45,402 bases of DNA, from assembly GCA_964595195.1 (NCBI GenBank), contig CAZQPM010000001.1:1-45402 (forward strand), written 5' to 3'. The notes beneath the pieces are model-generated. The model was not told where the DNA came from. It searched no databases and saw nothing but the letters and a program-made list of their open reading frames with translations. Origin of the DNA: an uncultured Burkholderiales bacterium. GTDB taxonomy: Bacteria > Vulcanimicrobiota > Xenobia > Xenobiales > Xenobiaceae. Numbering within the stretch: the stretch's first letter is position 1; every line of letters starts with the position of its first letter. The position numbers were made by a program, and so were the translations under genes. Below, in pieces: positions 16,923 through 24,695 of the stretch.

Positions 16923-18197
16923 TCAGGACCGCACGGGCAGCTTCACGCCGCCCACCAGGATCCAGTCGCCCTCGCGCGTGATCTCCCCGGTGGGCGCGGA
17001 TTCCTGGGGAAGCGTCCCCAGATCGGCCTGGATGCCCCCCTCGCGCACGGCCATCACCTGGCTGGCTCCAGCCAGGTAGACGGTGCCGTCGGGGGCCACG
17101 GTGATCGCGTCGTCAGCCGCGAAGTCCAGGGGCATCTGCCACTTCTCCTGGCCCTCCGGGGTCAGGGCGCAGAGCCTCTTGTCGGAGTCCCCGACCAGGA
17201 GCGTGCCGTCGGCCATGCGCTCGATCCTGCCCAGGATCATGCCGCCCACGTCGGCCTGCCAGGCCTGACTGCCATCGGGGTTCAGGCTGTAGACCTTTCC
17301 GTCCATCGTGCCGAACAGGATCCGGCCGTCGGATTCGATCCGTGGCTGGGCCCGGATGGCTCCCCGGGCCTGGAAGAACGGTGCGGCCTGGCCGTCCGGC
17401 CCGACCCGGAAGAGCTGGCCATCCTGGTTCCCGACGAAGACCGAGCCATCGGGCCCCGACTCCAGGCGTCCTTCCACCCGCCCCGGGATGGAGGCCTCGT
17501 GGAGTTTGCGGCCCTGGGGGTCGAAGGTGACCACCTTGGTGCCGTCGGCCAGGTCGACCCGCACGCTGACCTTGCCGTCCGCGTGGATCGCGGCCGGGGA
17601 GGAGGCGTGCATCTCCAGGTCAGCCTGCCAGCGCGAGGTTCCATCGGGGCCCACGGCGACCAGGTCGTAACCCTGGTCCTTGACGCAGACGTAGGAGGTG
17701 CCGTCGGGCCCCACGGCCGCCTGGATGCTCTGCATCTGCAGGCCCTGTCCCCAGTGCCACTTCTGCCGGCCCTGCGAATCCAGGGCGACCAGTCCCCCCG
17801 AGCCGGGCGACCAGACGCAGCCCCCATCGGGCGTGGGAGCCGGCCGGGAGTGCGTCCAGGCGGCGCGAGGGTAGCGCCAGGCCACGTTGCCATCCGGCTT
17901 GAGGCAACTGACCCCGTCGTCGTTGGCGACCAGGACCTGACCCCCGGTGGTGACCTCAGGCCATCCCGTCTCTCGGGTTCCCAGGTCCACCTGCCAGGCG
18001 ATGCGGTCGTCCTGGCGGCGCGAACCAAAGACCACCTCGGCGACCTTCCGTCCGCTCATCTCCGGGAGGTCGGGCAGCGGGGGAGCCGCCTGGTCAGGCG
18101 AGGGCCCGGCCGCCGGATGGGCTGGCGTGGTCGCAGGGGCGGGGCCGCGGGAGGCGTGGGTCGCGGCCAGGTTTCCAGGGCGCAGGGGTGCAATCAT
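16923..18197 (-). CDS. PQQ-like beta-propeller repeat protein
   Basis: C-terminal part of track ORF 16923..18401. It has repeated blades with PDG motifs (KPDGNVAW, VGPDGTSYV, VGPDGTSRW, GPDGSVFVG, VGPDGQAAP, LNPDGSQAW, VAPDGTVYLA). No signal peptide is seen. The start is uncertain (ATG 18197 or ATG 18059). Confidence 0.7.
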   Translation of the reverse strand: MIAPLRPGNLAATHASRGPAPATTPAHPAAGPSPDQAAPPLPDLPEMSGRKVAEVVFGSRRQDDRIAWQVDLGTRETGWPEVTTGGQVLVANDDGVSCLKPDGNVAWRYPRAAWTHSRPAPTPDGGCVWSPGSGGLVALDSQGRQKWHWGQGLQMQSIQAAVGPDGTSYVCVKDQGYDLVAVGPDGTSRWQADLEMHASSPAAIHADGKVSVRVDLADGTKVVTFDPQGRKLHEASIPGRVEGRLESGPDGSVFVGNQDGQLFRVGPDGQAAPFFQARGAIRAQPRIESDGRILFGTMDGKVYSLNPDGSQAWQADVGGMILGRIERMADGTLLVGDSDKRLCALTPEGQEKWQMPLDFAADDAITVAPDGTVYLAGASQVMAVREGGIQADLGTLPQESAPTGEITREGDWILVGGVKLPVRS

Positions 18198-18252
18198 CTC
18201 CCGCTGATGATGCCACGCTGGGGCCCGGTTCGTCCACCGCTTGGCGGAACGT

Positions 18253-18840
18253 TCAAGAGTTGTTTCCATCCTGGAAGCGCGCATCACCCTCCCGGGCGGG
18301 ATCGGCGGGCCGGATTCGGGGCGCCCCGGGTCCGGCCGGTAGGGCCAGGTCCCGCAGGAAGGGATCCTGCAGGCGGTCCAGGGCCGAGTCCAGGAACTCA
18401 TCCAGGGCCAGGCCCTGGGCGGCTTCGTACCAACTGGCCTGGAGGGCCATGTCCAGTTTGTCGCAGGCCCGCACGAAGCGCCCCTCAGGGGTTGCGCCCC
18501 GGCGATATTCGTCGGCCAGGGCCTGGAGTTCGCCGGCGTGCGGAAGGGAAGCGGTCAGGCCTCGCAGGGCCTCCTCCTCCAAAGCCTCCTTCCGCTGCGG
18601 TGGCACCCCGTCCTCCGGGGTGAGGTCGCCGACGCGGACCTCGGCCAGGTCGTGCAGGGTGGCGATGGCCAGGGCGCGCCCCCGATCCACCCCCGGAGGG
18701 CACAGGGCCAGGACCAGGAAGGCGACCCCCCAACTGTGGGCCGCCACCGACTCGGGCTCACGAATCCCCACGCGGACCCATCCGGCGCGGGGCAGCGCTT
18801 TGAGTTTCAGGGCCTCCAGGAGGAGGGGGCGTCGGTCCAT
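18253..18840 (-). CDS. HD-domain hydrolase (YfbR-like 5'-deoxynucleotidase family)
   Basis: ATG at 18840 is preceded by AGGAGGGAGACC. Motifs are PESVAAHSWGVAFL and IATLHDLAEVRVGDLTP (H...HD...D). Confidence 0.8.
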   Translation of the reverse strand: MDRRPLLLEALKLKALPRAGWVRVGIREPESVAAHSWGVAFLVLALCPPGVDRGRALAIATLHDLAEVRVGDLTPEDGVPPQRKEALEEEALRGLTASLPHAGELQALADEYRRGATPEGRFVRACDKLDMALQASWYEAAQGLALDEFLDSALDRLQDPFLRDLALPAGPGAPRIRPADPAREGDARFQDGNNS

Positions 18841-18930
18841 GGTCTCCCTCCTGCGCTCGGGAAGGGGTCGGTTCCTGCCTTCCGGGTCGACCGTCGAGTC
18901 GGGATTTCCCGGGCGGCTGGCCCATGCCCC

Positions 18931-18959
18931 TGGACGGCTCGGCGGGTTCCGCGTATAAT
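18931..18959 (+). promoter_or_regulatory. Predicted sigma70-type promoter giving a leaderless typA mRNA
   Basis: TGGACG (18931-18936), then a 17-nt spacer, then a perfect TATAAT (18954-18959). The typA ATG (18968) is 8 nt downstream, and there is no SD sequence in between. Confidence 0.45.
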
Positions 18960-18967
18960 ACCCCGTC

Positions 18968-20818
18968 ATGCAACACCCCGTCATTCAACGCAAGGATCTC
19001 CGCAACCTCGCCATCATCGCCCATATCGACCACGGCAAGACCACCCTGGTGGACGGATTGCTCCGCCAGGCCGGGGCCTTCCGGGCCGGACAGGAGGTCG
19101 TGGAGCGCGTCCTGGACTCCAACGACCTGGAGAGGGAGCGCGGCATCACCATCCTGGCCAAGAACACCTCCGTGCGCTACGGGGACACGACGCTGAACAT
19201 CGTGGACACCCCGGGGCACGTGGACTTCTCCAGCGAGGTGGAACGCATCCTGGGGATGGTGGACGGAGCCCTCCTGGTGGTCGACGCCTTCGAAGGGCCG
19301 ATGGCCCAGACCCGCTTCGTGGTCAAGAAGGCTCTCCAGTCCGGTCTGGTGCCCATCCTGGTGGTGAACAAGATCGACCGCCCCGACGCACGTCCTCAGG
19401 CGGTGGTCGACGAGGTCCTGGAGTTGTTCATGGACCTGGAGGCCCAGGATCATCAGATCGACTTCCCTGTCGTCTTTGCGTCGGCTCGGCGCCAGGTGGC
19501 CAGTCTTTCGCCCGATGGGCCCTTCGAGAACCTGCAGCCCCTGTACCAGACGATCCTGGAGCATATTCCTTGCCCCCAGGGGGCCCCCGAGGCCCCCCTG
19601 CAGTTGCTGGTCAGCAACCTGGACTACGACGACTACGTGGGTCGTCTGGCCATCGGACGGGTGGTCAACGGTGAGGTCCGGCCGGGCAAGTCGGTCTGCT
19701 TCGGGGCGGAGGGCGGGGCCCTGCGCAAGGGCCGCATCGGACAGGTCCTGGGCTTCTTCGGCCTGGAGAGGCGGCCGATCGAGTCGGCGACGGTCGGTGA
19801 CCTGGTGGCGTTGACGGGCCTTTCCGAGGTCGGCCTGGGCGAGACCATCACCGAGGCCGACAACCCCTGTCTCCTGCCGGGTCTGGAGGTCGAGGAACCG
19901 ACCCTGGCCATGACGTTCCTGGCCACCGACAGCCCCCTGGCCGGTCGGGATGGACGCTACGTCACTTCGAGGCACCTGCGCGACCGGCTCTTCCGCGAGG
20001 CCGAGCGGAACGTGGGCCTCCGGGTCCAGGCCACCGACTCCGCGGACGCCTTCGAGGTCTGCGGGCGGGGGGAGTTGCACCTTTCCATCCTGCTCGAGAC
20101 CATGCGTCGGGAGGGCTACGAACTGTCCGTCTCGGCACCCCGGGTGCTGACCCGTACCGTGGACGGGGCCCTGCACGAGCCGATCGAGGATCTGACCCTG
20201 GACATTCCCGAGGAGTGCCTGGGGGCCATCATGGAGCGGGTCGGCGAGCGCCGTGGGGAACTGGTGGCCATGAGCGGTTCGGGAACCGGGCGCCTGCGCC
20301 TGGAGTTCACCATCCCCGCCCGCGGCCTGGTGGGCTTCCGCTCGGAATGCCTGACGCTGACCCGGGGCTATGGGGTCATGAACCACCTCTTCTCGGGCTA
20401 CGGCCCCTTCCGCGGGGACATCGCGCGACGCACCCGGGGCTCGATGGTGGCTGCAGAGACCGGTCCGGCGACCGGTTACGCCCTGGCCAACCTTCAGGAC
20501 CGCGGGGTCTTCTTCATCGAGCCCGGCGAAGCGGTCTACACCGGGATGGTGGTCGGCGAGCACTGCCGCTCGAACGACCTGGAGGTCAATGCCTGCAAGA
20601 AGAAGCACGTGACGAACATGCGCTCGTCCACCGCCGAGGAGACCGTCCGCCTGGATGCCCCGCGCCGGTTGACGCTGGAGCAGGCCCTGGAGTTCATCGG
20701 CGACGACGAACTGGTGGAGATCACCCCCGGCTCGATCCGCCTGCGCAAGGCCATCCTGGATCCCCACCTGCGGCTGAAGGCCAAGAAGGACCGGCAACGC
20801 CTGGAAGAGGCCGGTTAA
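18968..20818 (+). CDS. typA: Translational GTPase TypA/BipA
   Basis: Track ORF of 616 aa. G motifs are [23 protein letters not shown] and NKIDR. The architecture is EF-G-like across the full length. Confidence 0.95.
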   Translation: MQHPVIQRKDLRNLAIIAHIDHGKTTLVDGLLRQAGAFRAGQEVVERVLDSNDLERERGITILAKNTSVRYGDTTLNIVDTPGHVDFSSEVERILGMVDGALLVVDAFEGPMAQTRFVVKKALQSGLVPILVVNKIDRPDARPQAVVDEVLELFMDLEAQDHQIDFPVVFASARRQVASLSPDGPFENLQPLYQTILEHIPCPQGAPEAPLQLLVSNLDYDDYVGRLAIGRVVNGEVRPGKSVCFGAEGGALRKGRIGQVLGFFGLERRPIESATVGDLVALTGLSEVGLGETITEADNPCLLPGLEVEEPTLAMTFLATDSPLAGRDGRYVTSRHLRDRLFREAERNVGLRVQATDSADAFEVCGRGELHLSILLETMRREGYELSVSAPRVLTRTVDGALHEPIEDLTLDIPEECLGAIMERVGERRGELVAMSGSGTGRLRLEFTIPARGLVGFRSECLTLTRGYGVMNHLFSGYGPFRGDIARRTRGSMVAAETGPATGYALANLQDRGVFFIEPGEAVYTGMVVGEHCRSNDLEVNACKKKHVTNMRSSTAEETVRLDAPRRLTLEQALEFIGDDELVEITPGSIRLRKAILDPHLRLKAKKDRQRLEEAG

Positions 20819-20926
20819 CCCCTCAGGGCTCGGGCCCCTATCGCCTCCCGGAACTTCTTGTTCGCCCGGGGTCGTTCGTGCTACCATTGGACGACACATT
20901 CCTCGTGGCAAAGGACGGTGCAGGCC

Positions 20927-21910
20927 ATGTTCTGGGCAGCTCTTGGGGTCGGCATGCTGATCAACACGGTTGGCGGTATGGTCGGAGGAGGCCCGGGTCG
21001 GGCCGACGCGCAGCGGATGCACCAGCAGTCGATGCGGTCGCTGCGCAACACGCTCAACGAGACCACGAACCTGGTCGGCACCCGGCGTGAGGCCCAGGTC
21101 CAGTCGAGGTTCAGCTTCGATTTCGAACCCCCCGCCTATCCGCAGCAGAACTTCGAGAACCTGCAGCGGATGCAGATGGACCACGCCCAACAGCGCCAGG
21201 GCTTCGCCGACTCCATGCGGCAGCAACTGGGCCAGATGAAGGAAGAGTTCTTCACCCAGAACCACTACGAGATGGGCCCCGGGCCCGACGGCAAGCCTCA
21301 GGTCCTGACCGACTCGGAGGGGCAGCCCCTGGTGGCCAAGGGGCCCGAGAACCCCGAACAGAAGCCGGCTCGCGAGGAGTTCGACCTGGGGCGCCGGCAG
21401 CAGTTGGCCGAGCGGCAGGATGTCCAGAAGGACGCCTTCCTCAACAAGGAAAAGCAGGAAATCCAGAAGTTCCTGGCCCAGAACCAGGACAACCTGTCCA
21501 ATCCCCAGGTGCAGGCCGAACTGACCCGGATGGTGGTCGGGACCCAGAAGCGGGCCTTCGGGATGCAGCAGCAGCACGAGGACGAGCGCTGGAAGGCGGA
21601 CCTGCCGCCCTCCGAGGAGATCGCCGCGGCAGCCGATACGGATCTCGCCGAACTGCGCCAGTTGGAGCGCGACCAGGCGCGCAACGAAGAGCAGTCCCCC
21701 GACATGAAGGCTCTGCTGCAGCACGAACAGGACGTGGCGATCCTTCTGGGTGACCAGAAGGAGGAAGCCCGGCGCCAGAAGGCCGAGGAGAGCTTCCTGG
21801 TCGACCCGCGCAAGGCCCTGGCAGTCCAGACCCCCGAGGTCGATCTGGGTGAGGTCCTTCCCGCCTACCTGAGCAACTCGCTCTTCAACATGGGCATCTA
21901 CACCGTCTGA
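20927..21910 (+). CDS. Q/E/N/K-rich hypothetical protein with one N-terminal TM
   Basis: ATG at 20927 (MFWAALGVGMLINTVGGMVGG) lies within track ORF 20858..21910. The remainder is Gln/Glu-rich and helical or disordered. The C-terminus is LPAYLSNSLFNMGIYTV. Confidence 0.55.
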   Translation: MFWAALGVGMLINTVGGMVGGGPGRADAQRMHQQSMRSLRNTLNETTNLVGTRREAQVQSRFSFDFEPPAYPQQNFENLQRMQMDHAQQRQGFADSMRQQLGQMKEEFFTQNHYEMGPGPDGKPQVLTDSEGQPLVAKGPENPEQKPAREEFDLGRRQQLAERQDVQKDAFLNKEKQEIQKFLAQNQDNLSNPQVQAELTRMVVGTQKRAFGMQQQHEDERWKADLPPSEEIAAAADTDLAELRQLERDQARNEEQSPDMKALLQHEQDVAILLGDQKEEARRQKAEESFLVDPRKALAVQTPEVDLGEVLPAYLSNSLFNMGIYTV

Positions 21911-22011
21911 CCCGGTTCGACCGGACCCCTCCCCGGGACTTCATGACCCGAAGGCTCCGCTTCCAGGGGGGCCTCGGTCGTGCTCGCCTCCCGGCCGTCG
22001 TCGGGTCCGAC

Positions 22012-22221
22012 TCAGCCGGTGATGTCCAGATTGCCGCCCAGATACTTCTGGCGACGGTGCCGCTCGAGAAGTTCCGGCGGCAGACGGATGGCCGCGCCGC
22101 AGGAGAGGCAGCAGACGGGCTCTCCCTCCAGGCCCGCCGCCAGGACCTCCTCGGGCAGCAGGGCCCGGCAATGGGCGCAGGCCATGCGTTGAACGGGATT
22201 GACGCTGCCGAGTTCCGACAT
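22012..22221 (-). CDS. Small zinc-ribbon protein (69 aa)
   Basis: Track ORF 22012..22227. ATG at 22221 lies 5 nt after GGAGG. Two CxxC pairs are present (CAHC, CLSC). GC3 is high. Confidence 0.5.
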   Translation of the reverse strand: MSELGSVNPVQRMACAHCRALLPEEVLAAGLEGEPVCCLSCGAAIRLPPELLERHRRQKYLGGNLDITG

Positions 22222-22313
22222 CTCCACCTCCAGAAGGCCTGCCCCGAGCGAGCCGACAGGCGCGCCCGCCCGGCCGGGCAGGCCGGACGCTGCTGGCCGA
22301 CGAATGTCCGAGG

Positions 22314-23237
22314 GTGCCCCGGATCGTCCTGATCGCCGTCTTCCTTCTCTGGACCACCCCCGCAGCCCTGGCTGGGGACTGGTTTCGTCCGGCGCACGTG
22401 GGGACCGCGATCGCCAATCCGGATCTGACGCCGTCGCGGGCCCTTGGCGGCGGGGCCCCCTCGACGTGGAACGGTCAGTTGGTTCTGTGGGAGGGAAGGG
22501 TCCTGCGCCACGACCTTTCGGAGGGTCAGGATCGGCTGCTCCTGGCCACCCCGGCGGGGACGGTTCCGGTCATGTTCGGGCGTCGGGCGCGCAACCTGGA
22601 GTACGACCGTTCCGGTTACCGGGTCGCCGTCAAGGGCCACCTGCAGGTCAGCGGCGGACGGGTCCTCGGCCTGGAGGGGCGTTCGGCGATCCTCCTGGCC
22701 CCTCCCAGGATCTGGGACTATCCCCGGTGGCTGGCGGGCCGTCGACCGAGCCTGGTCTCGTTCCTGAGCTGGCGGATAGGCTTTCACAATCCCGAGTCTT
22801 CCCCGGCGCAGGACCGGGCCGTGGCCTCCAGCCTGGTGGAGGCGGCCGTCGAGAATGGTCTGGACCCCCTGCTCCTGGCGTCCCTGGTCCAGATCGAGTC
22901 GGCCTGGGATGCCGATGCGGTCTCGTCGTCCGGAGCCTTGGGTCTGGGACAGTTGATGCCCTTCACCGCGGCCGGGTTGGGGGTGGACGCCGCGGATCCC
23001 CATCAGAACCTGGCCGGGGCCGCCCGGATGCTGGCGGGGTTGCTGCAGACCTGGCAGCATCTGGAGAATCCCCGGGCGGCGGCCCTGGCCGGCTACAACG
23101 CCGGACCCGGTCGCGTTCGCCGCTTGGGAGGCAGGGTTCCGGCAATTCCCGAGACCACGAATTACGTCTTCTTCATCGGATACGTGCACCGCGACCTGGC
23201 CCGAGCCGCCCGAGGGCACCGGGTCCCTTCCCCCTGA
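22314..23237 (+). CDS. Lytic transglycosylase (SLT domain) with an N-terminal OB-like domain
   Basis: Track ORF of 307 aa with a GTG start. The signal is MPRIVLIAVFLLWTTPAALA. SLT motifs are LVQIESAWDADAVSSSGALGLGQLMP and LAGYNAGPGRV. Confidence 0.8.
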   Translation: MPRIVLIAVFLLWTTPAALAGDWFRPAHVGTAIANPDLTPSRALGGGAPSTWNGQLVLWEGRVLRHDLSEGQDRLLLATPAGTVPVMFGRRARNLEYDRSGYRVAVKGHLQVSGGRVLGLEGRSAILLAPPRIWDYPRWLAGRRPSLVSFLSWRIGFHNPESSPAQDRAVASSLVEAAVENGLDPLLLASLVQIESAWDADAVSSSGALGLGQLMPFTAAGLGVDAADPHQNLAGAARMLAGLLQTWQHLENPRAAALAGYNAGPGRVRRLGGRVPAIPETTNYVFFIGYVHRDLARAARGHRVPSP

Positions 23238-23246
23238 CACGAAAGA

Positions 23247-23270
23247 GGAGCCCCGCGGGTGCGGGACTCC
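23247..23270 (-). terminator. Hairpin terminator downstream of tRNA-Gln; may also serve the convergent SLT gene
   Basis: ggagccccgc (23247-23256) pairs with gcgggactcc (23261-23270) at 9 of 10 positions around a 4-nt loop. On the minus strand it is followed by UCUUUC. Confidence 0.45.
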
Positions 23271-23275
23271 CTGGT

Positions 23276-23350
23276 TGGCTGAGGCGCCAGGATTCGAACC
23301 TGGGGATGGCGGATCCAAAGTCCGCTGCCTTACCGCTTGGCTACGCCTCA
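23276..23350 (-). tRNA. tRNA-Gln (anticodon UUG), CCA encoded
   Basis: The reverse complement is TGAGGCG TA GCCAAGCGGTAAGGCA GCGGA CTTTGGA TCCGC CATCC CCAGG TTCGAAT CCTGG CGCCTCA G CCA. The fold is a perfect cloverleaf. It has the U1:A72 pair and the GCCAAGCGGTAAGGCA D-arm typical of bacterial tRNA-Gln. Confidence 0.9.
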
Positions 23351-23360
23351 ACGTGCAGAC

Positions 23361-23389
23361 ATTATAGGCGGCACAATGGGCCAGCGCAA
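23361..23389 (-). promoter_or_regulatory. Promoter of tRNA-Gln
   Basis: The minus strand reads TTGCGC, a 17-nt spacer, then TATAAT (the -10 is attata at 23361-23366 on the plus strand). The -10 ends 10 nt before the mature tRNA 5' end. Confidence 0.55.
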
Positions 23390-23414
23390 CCCTGATCCAG
23401 GCGGGCCGGGGACG

Positions 23415-24443
23415 TCAGTCGGCGGCTCCGGTCGGGGGCTCGGCGCCTCCATCCTGGGGCTCGGACTGGACTGGCGGAGTGCTGCGGCGCCTCCGGACCA
23501 GGGGCTTGCGCGCTCCGCGGCCACGGCCGCTCGGGGCCCGCCGGCCGGTCGGGGCCGTCTCGCCGGCACCGGCCTCCGGGGGGGGCATGGTCTCGGCCAG
23601 ACCCGACTCGGCCCACCACTGCCTGAGGCCGGCCAGCGTTGCGAAGTGGAGGCCCCGCTTGCGGCCCTCCAACCAGATCTGGCGAAGGTATTCCTCTTCC
23701 GGGGTCAGGGGTTTCCGAGGCAATCCCTTGAGCCACCCGCCCTTGCGCGCGGCCCCCTTGGTCTTGCGCGACCCGGTATTCCTGGGGGCGCGGTTGGAGC
23801 GGGGGCGATCCGGGCCCGACTGCACGGGGATCGGGTCGGGGACCTCCAGGCCCTGCTGTCGGCCCCACTGCCTCAACTCCTCCAGGGTGGCCGGGACGAA
23901 GCCGGTGCTCCGGGCCTGTCCCCACAGGTGCCGAAGCGCCAGTTGCTCGGGTGTCCGGGGATTGCGCGGCAACCCCTTGAGCCAGCCGCCCTTGCGGCCC
24001 GAGGTCCCGCCGTCGCGCGGTCGGGGGCGGGTCCACGGGGCACCCGTCGAGGTGCTGGCGCGCAGGCTGACCAGGAGGGCCTCGAATTCGCGCTGCTGTT
24101 GTTCCAGAACGAAGGCGGGGGGAAGCGGTGCCCCCTCGACCAGGAAATACTCGACCGGCAAGGCATACGCGTGCATCAGTCGCAACAGGACCGCGGCGGG
24201 AACTCCGTCCCGAGCCCCCTCGATCACAGCCACGTCCGCCGCTGACAGGCCCAGGGCCTCGCCCAGGATGGTCTGCTGCCGGGAACGGCGTTCGGACGCC
24301 TTCAGACGCGTCGGTTCCGGCACCCGGATGGCGGCGCGCAACTCCTCAAAACGCTGTTGGATCAAGCGATTGAGGGCGGCCAGGTCGGGAGGGAGGCGCC
24401 TGATGGAGGAACGCCCGCGGTGGGTTTCGGACGAACTGGGCAT
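23415..24443 (-). CDS. XRE-family HTH protein with two tandem ~51-aa C-terminal repeats and a basic tail
   Basis: ATG at 24443 lies 6 nt after AAGGAG, within track ORF 23415..24575. The upstream 44 codons have poor GC3. The HTH is QQTILGEALGLSAADVAVIEGARDGVPAAVLLRLMHAY. The repeats are GRKGGWLKGLPRNPRTPEQLALRHLW...LRQWGRQQGL and ARKGGWLKGLPRKPLTPEEEYLRQIW...LRQWWAESGL. Confidence 0.7.
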   Translation of the reverse strand: MPSSSETHRGRSSIRRLPPDLAALNRLIQQRFEELRAAIRVPEPTRLKASERRSRQQTILGEALGLSAADVAVIEGARDGVPAAVLLRLMHAYALPVEYFLVEGAPLPPAFVLEQQQREFEALLVSLRASTSTGAPWTRPRPRDGGTSGRKGGWLKGLPRNPRTPEQLALRHLWGQARSTGFVPATLEELRQWGRQQGLEVPDPIPVQSGPDRPRSNRAPRNTGSRKTKGAARKGGWLKGLPRKPLTPEEEYLRQIWLEGRKRGLHFATLAGLRQWWAESGLAETMPPPEAGAGETAPTGRRAPSGRGRGARKPLVRRRRSTPPVQSEPQDGGAEPPTGAAD

Positions 24444-24551
24444 GATCTGCTCCTTGTGACCGGCCGGGTCGTCATCGGACCATCGGACCTGTACCCGGCC
24501 CCCCTGTCTCCGGTCAGGAACGCGGTCTTCAGGGTGGGCGCCAGGGAAGCC

Positions 24552-24566
24552 GGAATGATTCATTCC
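24552..24566. promoter_or_regulatory. Perfect 7-1-7 palindrome GGAATGA-T-TCATTCC; candidate operator
   Basis: It lies in the AT-rich leader of the XRE-type gene, just downstream of the predicted -10. A related inverted repeat, TTCATGA (24571-24577) / TCATGAA (24591-24597), brackets the -10. Confidence 0.4.
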
Positions 24567-24576
24567 CTTATTCATG

Positions 24577-24605
24577 AAGCTATCATCCTGTCATGAAAAG
24601 GTCAA
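24577..24605 (-). promoter_or_regulatory. Predicted extended -10 promoter of the XRE-type gene
   Basis: The minus strand reads TTGACC (24605-24600), a 17-nt spacer, then TGA-TAGCTT (hexamer at 24582-24577). Confidence 0.4.
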
Positions 24606-24695
24606 GAGGGCTTCCATCTATTATCCTGAATCAAGAGTGTCGCTAAAGTTGTGGGCGGACGCGTGGTTTTCGAAATCTTGATGCAAGCGGGCCGG

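Noticed and set aside
18758-21724. 988-aa minus-strand ORF across typA and the Q-rich gene
   Set aside because: It is antisense to TypA/BipA, which carries all the G motifs. No motifs, and Leu/Gly/Pro/Gln-rich. Shadow ORF.
20819-23350. Genomic island integrated at the 3' end of tRNA-Gln (Q-rich gene, zinc ribbon, SLT gene)
   Set aside because: There is no integrase, excisionase or mobility gene. I found no direct repeat of the tRNA 3' end (tggctgaggcgcc...) near 20819-20926 or elsewhere. Only the Q-rich gene looks compositionally odd.
24444-24575. Upstream start (MNKGMNHSGF...) for the XRE-type gene
   Set aside because: The 44 extra codons lie in the AT-rich palindromic region with atypical codon usage. 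ATG 24443 has a canonical AAGGAG RBS at 6-nt spacing.
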